This document shows positions 41,758 through 51,310 of a stretch of 64,000 nt of DNA, piece after piece (position 1 is the stretch's first letter; every line of letters begins with the position of its first letter). Both the position numbers and the translations under genes were made by a program. Source of the DNA: Candidatus Latescibacterota bacterium (lineage in GTDB: Bacteria > Latescibacterota > UBA2968 > UBA8231); NCBI GenBank assembly GCA_965206595.1, contig OZ242214.1, positions 1,408,001-1,472,000 on the forward strand, written 5' to 3'. The notes beneath the pieces were generated by a model. That model saw only the letters and a list, made by a program, of their open reading frames with translations, was not told the DNA's origin and did no database searches.

Positions 41758-42035
41758 CAGTCGATCTCCTCCAGTTTCTCGAAGATGAACTCGTTCTTTT
41801 GAAACGAAGTGGTGTACTCGGTGTCGGGGTAGGGAGGGATCAACTGCGGGAACTGGATCACCCTCCACCCGTCGAGCAGGGCGTCGAGGCCGGTTTCGTA
41901 CGGCGGTTCGCTGCTGTCGCCGGTGGTGTGGTGCTCTTTTCCGGTGCCGTCGTAGAAGGTCCATCCCTTGACCGGGCTGTCTAGCGCCGAGTAGGACAAG
42001 TAAAGAATCATCACCTTCTGTCTGCGCTCCGGCAT
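41757..42035 (-). CDS. Small hypothetical protein translationally coupled to PhyH
   Basis: 92-aa ORF with AAGGAG RBS; its stop overlaps the next ATG, which has an internal GGAGG RBS. Confidence 0.78.
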   Translation of the reverse strand: MPERRQKVMILYLSYSALDSPVKGWTFYDGTGKEHHTTGDSSEPPYETGLDALLDGWRVIQFPQLIPPYPDTEYTTSFQKNEFIFEKLEEID

Positions 42036-42120
42036 CTCCTTCTCCATCCCCAGAAGTGCTGGGTGTCGGGCAGTCACTCTTCCTGTTTCACCAAATGATA
42101 AGCACTTCCGGGCCCTGCCG

Positions 42121-43326
42121 TCAGGCGGATGCAGGCGCCGCCGGCAGGCTGACCAGGGCCCGGTCCCTGATCGGCAGGTGGACGATCGCGGCCGCGACCC
42201 CGAGAACGATGGCCCCGACCCAGACAGCATCGTACGATCCGGTGGCATCGTAGATGCGGCCTCCGAGCCAGACCCCGAGGAATCCACCGACCTGGTGGCT
42301 GAAGAAGACGATCCCATAGAGCGACGAGAGCCTGGCGGGTCCGAAGATCTGGGCGACGGTACCGCTGGTCAGCGGCACTGTCGCCAGCCAGAGAAACCCG
42401 ATGGCGCAGGCGAAGATCAGGGCGGTCGCCGTGGTGACGGGCACCACCAGGAAGCCGCTGATGACCAGGGCCCGGGCGAAGTAGAGGAAGCTGAGAAGGT
42501 ATTTTTTGCGGTAGCGATCCCCGAGCCGGCCGAAGAGATAGGATCCCCCCATGTTGAACAGCCCGATCAGGGCGAGGGCGGCGGCAGCGGCCATCTCGGG
42601 TAGCCCGTGATCGCCGAGGTAGGCCGGCAGGTGGGTGGCAATGAAAGCGACATGGAATCCGCAGACGAAGAAACCGGCGTTCAGCAGCAGGTAGCCCGAA
42701 TGCTTGCCCGCCTGTGACAGGAGGCGGGAAAAGTTGTCCTCGAGGTCGGAGGTGCGGGTACCCTCCCGGGCATGCGATGCCGGAGGGAATCCGAGTGCGA
42801 AGAAGGCGATGGCAGCGACCACGGCGGCGCCGTACAGCAGGGTGGCCTGCCACGATACGGTGTCGATCAGCCACTGGATCAGCGGGACGAGGGCGAAGGT
42901 GCCGAAGGAACCGGCAGCGGTTACGATGCCGAAGGAGGTGACCCTCTTTTCGGCCGGGACCACCCGGCTGACGGCGCCGAGAAGGACGACGTAGGACGTG
43001 GCGCTGAGAGCCAAACCGACGAGGACCCCGAGGGAGAGGAAGGTGAGCCAGGGACCGGTAGCGACGGCGAGGAGGACGAAGCCGGCGGTGTACAGCAGAG
43101 CCCCGGAGGCCACTACCCGGCGCGGGCCGATGCGGTCGGCGAGCATGCCGGCGATCGGCAGCCCGAACAGGATGTTCTGCAGGGCCATGGCGAGGCTGAA
43201 GGTCTCCCTGCCCGTCGACAGGGATTCCGTCACAGGTTGCAGGAACAGGCCGAAGGACTGCCTGGCTCCCATGGAGATGGCGACCGTGACCGCGCTGATC
43301 AGGATGACGAGGGTGGATTTCTTCAC
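42121..43326 (-). CDS. MFS transporter
   Basis: Twelve TM segments, GMLADRIGPR, GFFVCGFH, HQVGGFLG. Confidence 0.93.
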   Translation of the reverse strand: MKKSTLVILISAVTVAISMGARQSFGLFLQPVTESLSTGRETFSLAMALQNILFGLPIAGMLADRIGPRRVVASGALLYTAGFVLLAVATGPWLTFLSLGVLVGLALSATSYVVLLGAVSRVVPAEKRVTSFGIVTAAGSFGTFALVPLIQWLIDTVSWQATLLYGAAVVAAIAFFALGFPPASHAREGTRTSDLEDNFSRLLSQAGKHSGYLLLNAGFFVCGFHVAFIATHLPAYLGDHGLPEMAAAAALALIGLFNMGGSYLFGRLGDRYRKKYLLSFLYFARALVISGFLVVPVTTATALIFACAIGFLWLATVPLTSGTVAQIFGPARLSSLYGIVFFSHQVGGFLGVWLGGRIYDATGSYDAVWVGAIVLGVAAAIVHLPIRDRALVSLPAAPASA

Positions 43327-43565
43327 GACGAGGCGATCCGCAGGGATTCAGGACATCTGCCGCGGCTTGTGGCCGGGGATCGGCGATGGCTACAATCCGC
43401 ATCCGGCCGATTGCGGAAGGAACCCGGAAACCGCGCCAGCCTTCGTAAATTCAGGGAGAAAGGGGACCGGGAGGCGGGGTGGTCGGGCGGGGCAAGGGAA
43501 GATCAGGGCAATCCGCTTTCAGGCAGGCCGCCGGGGAGGTAACCGTCCGCATGAGTTCTCTACCG

Positions 43566-44435
43566 CTAAGCGAAATACATCTCCCCGGAAAAAGGCAGGG
43601 GTTGCGAAGGCCGTTCGTAGTGGATCTGTTTCGGAGTCCTTTCGAGGGCCGCTGCCCACTGGTCGCGCCAGTCCTCGTAGCGGGTTTCCGACCCCGGGTC
43701 GCGACGGCTGCGAACCACGCTGCTGGGCCACTCCGGCCGCGGTGAGGGCTCCCCGGCCTTCTGGTAGCGCAGATCCATGCTCCAGCGCACGCCGTCGGTG
43801 TTGTTGGGGCCGGAGCCGTGCGGGGTCAGCTTGTGCACGAACAGCACGTCCCCCTTCTTCATCGGCAGCGTCACCTTCTCGACATCGGGCAGGTCGTGGT
43901 GGTAGGTCCAGTAGACCATGCGGTTGCGGTGCACGCGGGGCAGAACCTGGAGGCAGCCGTTCTCCTCGGTGGCGTTGACGAGGGGCACCCAGACCGTCAC
44001 CTGCAGGATCCCGGCAGCTTCCTGGGTGGTGAATACGGCGTCCTGATGGAAGATGACGTCCGTCGACGGCATCTTCGGGCGCACGTGAGAAACCGCGTTG
44101 CAGCTGATTTCGGGACCGATAAAGGGCTCGATGAGATCGACGAGGTTCTCGTTGCGCAGGAACTCGAAGGTGGCGCGGCGGCGAGTGACGCCGATATCGG
44201 GACAGCCGTCGACTTTCTTGGAGTCCTCGCCAAGCCGGGCAAGTCGGGTTTCGAATGGCTCCTCTGCGTGGAGATCGTCGATCTCCCCGCGGGCGTGAAG
44301 GTCCCTGGCGATCCCGTCGACGATGGCGATGTGGTCCTGGATGAGGGGTTCGAAATCGGCGTCGGTAAGTCCCCCTTCGACAACGACGTACCCTTCTTCC
44401 TTGAAGAACTCGAGATGTTCGTCGGTGGTTTTCAT
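43566..44435 (-). CDS. PhyH-family dioxygenase
   Basis: FKEEGY, FHQD, ENGCL, PHGSGPN, RWSMDLRY. Confidence 0.92.
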   Translation of the reverse strand: MKTTDEHLEFFKEEGYVVVEGGLTDADFEPLIQDHIAIVDGIARDLHARGEIDDLHAEEPFETRLARLGEDSKKVDGCPDIGVTRRRATFEFLRNENLVDLIEPFIGPEISCNAVSHVRPKMPSTDVIFHQDAVFTTQEAAGILQVTVWVPLVNATEENGCLQVLPRVHRNRMVYWTYHHDLPDVEKVTLPMKKGDVLFVHKLTPHGSGPNNTDGVRWSMDLRYQKAGEPSPRPEWPSSVVRSRRDPGSETRYEDWRDQWAAALERTPKQIHYERPSQPLPFSGEMYFA

Positions 44436-44548
44436 GTCGGCTCCGGCGTTTCTGTGAACTCGAGAATTGTCAGGCTTGGATTGTTGGCAAACCATCATCT
44501 GAAAATAGCGAAATTGCGTTCTGCGCCACCAAACCGAAGGAGCATACG

Positions 44549-45334
44549 ATGCCAGATCCACATTCCCTGGAAGGAAAGAAAGCACTCGTGACCGGCGGCC
44601 GGCGCCGCATCGGCAGGGGGATCGCCCTGTCGCTGGCGGAGGCGGGCTGCGATGTCGGAATCAACGACCTCGAAGAAGACGCCGACGCCCTGGAGACCCT
44701 GCGCCTGATCGACGAGCGGGGCCGCAAAGCCGCGTTCTTTGCCGGCGACATCTCCAACAGCGCCCGGGTCGAGAGCATGTTCGCCGCATTCCTCGAACGC
44801 TTCGGCCGCATCGACATACTGGTGAACAACCCCTACGGCGGCACCGGACAGCCGTTTCTCGAGCTCACCGAGGAGAACTGGGATGCCAATCTCGATATCG
44901 GCCTGAAGGGATTCTTCCTGTGCAGCCAGCAGGCTGCCCGGGCAATGGTGGAACAGGGGGACGGGGGCTGCATCGTCAGCACCTCCTCCGTTCACGGGGT
45001 GCGCGCCTGGAAGGAAGACACCCCCTACGGCGCTGCCAAGGCCGGCGTCCTGCGCCTCACCGAGAGCATGGCCGTCGACCTCGGCGAGCACGGTATCCGC
45101 TGCAACGCCATCATGCCCGGCCACATGGACACGACCCACACGATCGGCACGCCCCCGCCGGAACGGGGAAGCATCGAGGAGGATCTGTACGCTTCGGTGC
45201 CTCTGCGCCGGCGCGGCACCCCGGAGGATATCGGCCGCGCTGTCGCCTTTCTCTGCTCTCCTGCCGCAGCCTGCATAACCGGGGTATCGCTGGCGGTCGA
45301 CGGCGGCCTGCTGGCAACTGCACCGGGAGACTAG
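44549..45334 (+). CDS. Short-chain dehydrogenase/reductase
   Basis: TGGRRRIG, DILVNN, YGAAK, VDGG. Confidence 0.92.
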   Translation: MPDPHSLEGKKALVTGGRRRIGRGIALSLAEAGCDVGINDLEEDADALETLRLIDERGRKAAFFAGDISNSARVESMFAAFLERFGRIDILVNNPYGGTGQPFLELTEENWDANLDIGLKGFFLCSQQAARAMVEQGDGGCIVSTSSVHGVRAWKEDTPYGAAKAGVLRLTESMAVDLGEHGIRCNAIMPGHMDTTHTIGTPPPERGSIEEDLYASVPLRRRGTPEDIGRAVAFLCSPAAACITGVSLAVDGGLLATAPGD

Positions 45335-45336
45335 CC

Positions 45337-47520
45337 ATGGGGAAGGCGGTGATCGCGGACAACTCCTGGATGCAGTTGCGCAGCAGGGACAAGGAGTACG
45401 GGGCCACATTCGAAAAACCGTTTCCCGTCGGCACCGAGTACTACCGCCCGCCGACCCCGACCCAGGAATTCTGGGACGCCGACTTTCGCCGCATAAGCGC
45501 CGCGGGCATGAGCATCGTGCGTGTCTGGTACAGCTGGAACTGGGTCGAGACGCTCCCGAACCGGTACGAGTTCGACGACCTCGACCTGCTGTTCGAAACG
45601 GCCGCGAAATACCGGCTCAAGGTGTGGCTCGACACTCCTCTGGGCACCCACATGGCCGCCCCTGCCTGGATGTTGCGCGAACACCCCGACATGCGCGCTG
45701 TCTGGCGGGACGGCAGCGTGCAGCAGGACGTGGCCGGGGACTTTTCTCCCCATGGCAGCATGACCCACAACTTCGACCACCCGATGTGGCGGGTGTACGT
45801 CGAACGCTACCTGCGCCAGCTGGTGCCGCGTTACAGGGACCACGAGGCGATGGGTATCTGGGGCACCTGGGACGGGATCGGCTATGCCGCGGCCTGGACG
45901 GCGCCCGAGCCGTACCCGCCGTACAACGACTACACAATCGCCAAGTACAAGGACTGGCTGTACCGGCGCTATACCCTCGACGAGCTCAACGAGAAGTTGC
46001 TGCGTCGCTACCGCTCCTGGGAAGACGTGCAACCGCCGCGCAGCAACGCCGCCATCGTCGAGATGCTGTTGTACAGGCAGTTCCACTGCGAGAACATGGC
46101 CGACCACCTCGGTTGGATGGCCGCCCTCGTCGACGAGCTCGACGGCCGCCACGAGCAGCGCTCGCACGGCGGCTCCTACCCGATGCCCCACCACGAAACA
46201 GTGAGTCCGGCGATCGACAGCTGGGGGCTGTCCCACCACTCGGCGGACCGCCTGACCAGCGGCGATCCGTACAGCCTGGCCTGCGAGGCCTACGGCTTTC
46301 ACTGGTGCCGCCCCATGGGGCGGGACGGCCGCTGGTGGAACGAGGAGATCTACGGCAGCTTCGTCGGCGGCCTCATGCCGCGCGAGAAGATGACGATCGG
46401 TGAAGAGTCGGCCATGCACATCTGGCTGACCCTAATCGAAGGGGGTGCCGGCGCCATGTTCTGGCAGTACCGGCCCGAGTACATGACCTTCGAGGCTCCC
46501 GGGCTCAGCATCATGGCACTCGACGGCGGCCCGACCGTCCGCTTCGCCGCCGCGGAGCGGACGATCGCGCAGATCGATGCGATCTCCGACCACTTGCCGC
46601 TGTCGATCCCGCGCTCCGACATGGCCATCGCCTACAGCGGCAGCAGCCACCAGGTTTTCGACTTCAACGACGCCGGCTTCAAGTTCCTCCAGCACCACCG
46701 GGGCATGTACCGGGCGCTGTGGCCTCACAGCGTCGCCGTCGATCTCGTCACCGCGAAGACGGACTGGTCCGGGTACGGGCTGGTGTACCTTCCCAACTTT
46801 GCGGTCATGGAGGAGGAGGCCCTGGCGCGGCTGCGGGGAGTGCTCGAGGACGAGCAGGGGCCGCGCCTCCTGGCCGACGGGTACTTCGCCACCTTCGCCG
46901 GCAAGGGACACTGGAGCTTCAGTCCTCCCGATGGGCTCGGCGACCTGATCGACTGCCGCATCGCCGACCTCGACATGGTCAACGAGCAGGATGTCGCAGC
47001 GGCAAGAAACCTCCTTGCAACCCCATACGGAGAATTCCGGCTGCCCGCGGGTACCTCGTACTGCATCATCGAGCCGGGCAGCGGCATGGAGGCCGTCGGC
47101 ACTATCGGAGGCCGGGTCGTCGGGGTGCAGTCGGCAGGCCAACGGATGACCTGGTACGGCGTCTCCCTGGCGGCGACCGGCTCCTCCACCGTGACCGGGC
47201 AGCCGGGCGGGCCCTCGCCGGTCCCGGTGGTCGATGAGAGCGTGGCCCTGGCCATCGCCAGGGAGGCCGGGGTCGAGTCCCGGTTCGATATCGGCGGGGA
47301 CCGCGTGGTCGCGTACCGGCGCCAGTCCAGACGCGGCGGGTCGCTGGTGTTTCTGTTGAACCTCGAAGAGCGGACCGCGAGGACGACGGTGGGGTTGCGC
47401 TGGAAGGTAGACGAGGCCCGGGATCTGCTCGCCGGACGGCCACTTGCCCTGGTCAACGGCACCTTCCAGTTGGAACTCGCTTTCGGCGAAGTGGCAGTGA
47501 TTCACTGCACTGACGCCTGA
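45337..47520 (+). CDS. GH42 beta-galactosidase-like protein
   Basis: GTEYYRPP, WNWVE, PAW, YRSWEDV, FWQYR and a trimerisation-like domain; acid/base site is atypical. Confidence 0.8.
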   Translation: MGKAVIADNSWMQLRSRDKEYGATFEKPFPVGTEYYRPPTPTQEFWDADFRRISAAGMSIVRVWYSWNWVETLPNRYEFDDLDLLFETAAKYRLKVWLDTPLGTHMAAPAWMLREHPDMRAVWRDGSVQQDVAGDFSPHGSMTHNFDHPMWRVYVERYLRQLVPRYRDHEAMGIWGTWDGIGYAAAWTAPEPYPPYNDYTIAKYKDWLYRRYTLDELNEKLLRRYRSWEDVQPPRSNAAIVEMLLYRQFHCENMADHLGWMAALVDELDGRHEQRSHGGSYPMPHHETVSPAIDSWGLSHHSADRLTSGDPYSLACEAYGFHWCRPMGRDGRWWNEEIYGSFVGGLMPREKMTIGEESAMHIWLTLIEGGAGAMFWQYRPEYMTFEAPGLSIMALDGGPTVRFAAAERTIAQIDAISDHLPLSIPRSDMAIAYSGSSHQVFDFNDAGFKFLQHHRGMYRALWPHSVAVDLVTAKTDWSGYGLVYLPNFAVMEEEALARLRGVLEDEQGPRLLADGYFATFAGKGHWSFSPPDGLGDLIDCRIADLDMVNEQDVAAARNLLATPYGEFRLPAGTSYCIIEPGSGMEAVGTIGGRVVGVQSAGQRMTWYGVSLAATGSSTVTGQPGGPSPVPVVDESVALAIAREAGVESRFDIGGDRVVAYRRQSRRGGSLVFLLNLEERTARTTVGLRWKVDEARDLLAGRPLALVNGTFQLELAFGEVAVIHCTDA

Positions 47521-47965
47521 ATCGTTGCGTAGGGGGCACACACGGTCCGGGGCAGCATCCGGCAGGGAACATCCTGCCGGATCTGTTTGCTGAAATCGAT
47601 ATTGCCGTTCCGGGCCCCCATCCTCGCGCCGACCGGGGCCAGTGGCTTCCCGCCTAGATCGAGCGGACAACACCCGTCAGCACCCCGACTATCCCGCATG
47701 AGGGAAGGGGACGGCGGCAAGGGTGATCCCCGCGTCCGGAAGCGGATCAGCGACCAACCGGCCGCTATGGAACGTCACGTCCCGAAGGAATGGGTCGGCT
47801 CTCCGCGAGGGAGGAGCGAGCCCGTTCCCCGGCTACGTACCCTCCCGCGAAGTCGGTCCAGATACCGGGGTACTGCGAAGGTCATGGAGACGCGGTCGAT
47901 CGGTGTTCTTTCGTCCCGTACTCTTCGCCGGAAGTGCTGAAACCGGGAGCCGGGAAAGGAGAATC

Positions 47966-48925
47966 ATGAGGCGTGTAGCCAAACCGGAGGGCCTGCACAA
48001 CATCGTCGTCGAGGAAGTGGAGACTCCTCGGATTTCTCCCACGGAGGTCCGCGTAAAGACGCAGCGCACTCTGATCAGCCGTGGCTCGGAGATCGGCGCC
48101 CGCTACACCCGGGAGGGCCCTGTCGACCCGGCCATCATGGGGTACTCGCAGGCCGGCGTCGTCGTCGAGGTGGGCGCCGAGGTCGACGGGTACTCCGCGG
48201 GGGACCGCATCGCTTCGGTGCGGCCGCATGCCGAATACGTCGTCGTCGACGTCGAGCGCCACAGCGGCGACATCATCCCGCTTCCCGACGGGGTCAGCTT
48301 CGAGACCGCTACCTTCTGGCCGCTGACGACCAGCTCGGTCCGGTGGATGCAGGAGGCGGGTATCGCCCGGGGGGAGACCCTCGTGATCCTGGGACAGGGG
48401 CTGGTGGGGAGCCTGTGCATGCAGGTCGCGAGGAAGCTGTACGCTCCCCGGATCATCGCCGTCGACGCGCTGCCGCTGCGCTGCGACCTGGCGCGGGCCC
48501 TGGGTGCCGACGAGGTGGTCGCCGCCGCCGCGGAGGATCCGGTCGAGGCGATCCGCGGTCTCACCGGAGAAGGGGCCGACGTCGTCGTCGAAGCGGTTGG
48601 CGGACCGGGCGGCGTCCGGGCTTTCGAGCAGGCCCAGGAGATGCTGAAACGGGGTGGCCTTCTGCACGTTTTGGGTCTGTACGAAAACGAGCCGCTTCCC
48701 CTCTATTCCAACCGGATCCAGGGCCGGCGGCTGCTGGGAGGGTACATCGACCTCGATGCCAGGAAGGCGAGCTCGGTGGAGGCGATGTCCCTGCTGGAGA
48801 GCGGGGCCATCGCCACGGAACGGATGATCACCCACCGCTTCCCGTTCACCGAGGCCAAGGAGGCGTTCGACCTGCTTTACGGCCGGCCCGGAGAAACGAT
48901 GGCCGTCATCCTGACTTGGGGCTAG
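47966..48925 (+). CDS. MDR-family dehydrogenase lacking the usual Zn ligands
   Basis: LISRGSE and GYSQAG replace CxxD and GHE; GQGLVG; ITHRF. Confidence 0.85.
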   Translation: MRRVAKPEGLHNIVVEEVETPRISPTEVRVKTQRTLISRGSEIGARYTREGPVDPAIMGYSQAGVVVEVGAEVDGYSAGDRIASVRPHAEYVVVDVERHSGDIIPLPDGVSFETATFWPLTTSSVRWMQEAGIARGETLVILGQGLVGSLCMQVARKLYAPRIIAVDALPLRCDLARALGADEVVAAAAEDPVEAIRGLTGEGADVVVEAVGGPGGVRAFEQAQEMLKRGGLLHVLGLYENEPLPLYSNRIQGRRLLGGYIDLDARKASSVEAMSLLESGAIATERMITHRFPFTEAKEAFDLLYGRPGETMAVILTWG

Positions 48926-49058
48926 CCGGTTTGGAGCCCCCGGACAGATCGGCACCGGTTCATTTTTTCCAGGGGAGCCAGGCGCGGGAATCCCGTTTGA
49001 CAGCCTCGGGAACGGGGCCTTGTTTCCAAGCGATTACCCTGCCTCTGGACCGCCCACA

Positions 49059-50087
49059 GTGAATATCCCGACCCCAGCCATTTTCCGAGTCGCACTCCTT
49101 TTCCTCATTTCCTGCGCACCGCTCACGAAACCGGTGCCCGAACCCGATTCCGCTGCCACCGAGCCGGAGGAGGCGCAGGAAACCCCCCTTGAGCGTTACC
49201 TGCAAAGCAGGCCGGCGGAGGAGACCGAGACCAAAAGCAAAAAGCCCTGGATCGCCGTCCTGCCGATGAAAGACGAGTCTGGATTTCGCGAAGGTGTGTG
49301 GGATATAGAAAACGAGCTTCCAGCCCTGCTGACCGAGGAACTGGGCTCGCAGGATGTCTGGCGCTCCGTTCCGTACGACGCAGTGCGGCAGGTCGCAGGC
49401 GGTGCGCGCGATCACTGGCCCGACGAGGAGCTTATACGCGTCGCCGTTCTGTTGCGCGCCGACATCCTTCTGAAGGGAACGGTTCTCGACTACAACATGG
49501 AACGGTTCCATGTCGGAGATCCGCTCCTCGCCGGGTACAAATCCTTCAGCGGCATCGCCGAACTGGAGCTTAGCGCAATGCGGGGAGGGGACCTGTCGAC
49601 GCTCGGAAGGCTGTATTCGAAGAAGGAGACGACCGACCGCGACCTCGGACTCGACCTGTTCGGCAAGCCGCGCGAGCAGGACTTCCAGTACGTCAATCTC
49701 GACAAGATGGCGTTCGGCTCCGACGAATTCCGCGCCACTCCCATAGGTGAGGCAACCGTGCAGGCGCTCGTCGAGGTGGGGGACAAGCTCTCCGAGCTGA
49801 TTCGCCCGGGGAACATTCGCCTGGGAAGCGAACCGGCGAAGATCCTGTCGGTGTACGGCGACGAGATATTCATCAACCTCGGGAGCGAGAACGCCGTGCA
49901 CAGGGGGTACCGCTTCGAAATCTACCCCGGGCCGGAGCGGGCAATCGAGAAAGAGCTGGACACCTTGGTGAGCGTGGGCTTGGTCGAGGTTGCCGACGTC
50001 GTCGGGGCGCGCGTATCTCGAGTCGTGATGATCGGCAACGGGGAAATCGCCTCCGGTGACCGCCTGAAATTCGTACAACCCCAGTAG
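49059..50087 (+). CDS. Lipoprotein, CsgG/FlgT-like
   Basis: LISC lipobox, IAVLP...ADILLKGTV core, IFINLGS...G.RFEIY C-domain. Confidence 0.65.
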   Translation: MNIPTPAIFRVALLFLISCAPLTKPVPEPDSAATEPEEAQETPLERYLQSRPAEETETKSKKPWIAVLPMKDESGFREGVWDIENELPALLTEELGSQDVWRSVPYDAVRQVAGGARDHWPDEELIRVAVLLRADILLKGTVLDYNMERFHVGDPLLAGYKSFSGIAELELSAMRGGDLSTLGRLYSKKETTDRDLGLDLFGKPREQDFQYVNLDKMAFGSDEFRATPIGEATVQALVEVGDKLSELIRPGNIRLGSEPAKILSVYGDEIFINLGSENAVHRGYRFEIYPGPERAIEKELDTLVSVGLVEVADVVGARVSRVVMIGNGEIASGDRLKFVQPQ

Positions 50088-50108
50088 TCGAGAGAGGAAA
50101 GCCGGAAG

Positions 50109-51137
50109 GTGGAGGGAGTTGTCAAATACCAGCGGGGCCGCGGGTTCGTGGAGCTTCGCGACGTCGAGGAGCAGCCTCCCGGGCCCTCGCAGGTGAAGAT
50201 CGAAGTGAAGGCGAGCGGGATCTGCGGATCCGATCTGCACATCCTGCACGACACGATCAACTACAACATCCGCACCCCGGTGGTCATGGGCCACGAGTTC
50301 AGCGGCGTCGTGATCGAAAAAGGGGCCGGGGTCGGCGAGGGGGTGGCAATCGGCGATCGCGTCACGGGTGAACCGAGCATCGAGATCTGCGGCAGCTGTT
50401 CCTACTGCCTGAGCGAACACTACAACCTCTGTCCTGGCCGCAGGGTGATGGGCTACTACCACAACGGCTGCTTCGCCCCGTACGTCAACGCCCGTTTTGT
50501 CCATCGCCTGCCGGACAACGTCAGCTTCAAGGCGGGGGCGGTAACCGAGCTCCTGGCGTGCTGCGTTCACTCCGTAATCGAACAGGCGGGGGTGGCTGCC
50601 GGTGACTTCGTCGCCGTCATCGGACCAGGGCCGGTCGGTTTGTTCTCGGCGCTGGTAGCGAAGGCGGAGGGTGGAACGGTGATGGTTTGCGGCACTTCCA
50701 GGGATCGCGAACGTCTCCGATTTGCCGAAGAGCTGGGGATCGATGAGACCGCGGTCGTCGACGGGACCGACGTCGCAGGGCGGGCGCGCGAGTTGACCGG
50801 GGGCTACGGCGCAGATGTCGTTGTCGAATGCGCCGGGGTGGCACCGGCCATCGACCTCGCTCTCGACATGGTGCGCAAACGGGGCAAGGTGTCGCAGATG
50901 GGGCTGCCCGGGAAGCCGGTGCAGGTCGACTTCGAGAAGGTGGCCTACAAGGAACTGCAGGTGAGCGGGGGGATCGGACAGAGGCGGCCGGCCTGGGAGC
51001 GGTCTCTGAAACTGATGGAACAGGGCGTGATCGACTGCGAGAAGCTTGTCTCACACGAGCTGCCGCTGGCCGAATGGGATCGCGGTTTCGACATGATGGA
51101 GAAGCAGGAAGGGATCAAGCTCGTGCTCCACCCCTGA
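50109..51137 (+). CDS. Zn-dependent alcohol dehydrogenase (sorbitol/threonine DH-like)
   Basis: GICGSD, GHEFSG, CGSCSYC..C, GPGPVG. Confidence 0.93.
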   Translation: MEGVVKYQRGRGFVELRDVEEQPPGPSQVKIEVKASGICGSDLHILHDTINYNIRTPVVMGHEFSGVVIEKGAGVGEGVAIGDRVTGEPSIEICGSCSYCLSEHYNLCPGRRVMGYYHNGCFAPYVNARFVHRLPDNVSFKAGAVTELLACCVHSVIEQAGVAAGDFVAVIGPGPVGLFSALVAKAEGGTVMVCGTSRDRERLRFAEELGIDETAVVDGTDVAGRARELTGGYGADVVVECAGVAPAIDLALDMVRKRGKVSQMGLPGKPVQVDFEKVAYKELQVSGGIGQRRPAWERSLKLMEQGVIDCEKLVSHELPLAEWDRGFDMMEKQEGIKLVLHP

Positions 51138-51310
51138 ACCGCAGGGCCACCACCGCCCCACCTGACATGGCGCGTCCTCGTCAGGTCGTCCTGCTGTTGT
51201 CCGTCCAGCTTGCGCTCGCACCCTTCAGGACCGATGCCGTTGATTCACAGCCGATCGACTGATCGGGCAGGCAACCCGAAGGACACAATCCGAGTCCCCT
51301 CCGCAGGCAG

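Noticed and set aside
47521-47965. 440-bp intergenic region with a hairpin near 47555-47585
   Set aside because: The hairpin could be a weak terminator but has no clear T-run; no riboswitch or ncRNA motif recognised.
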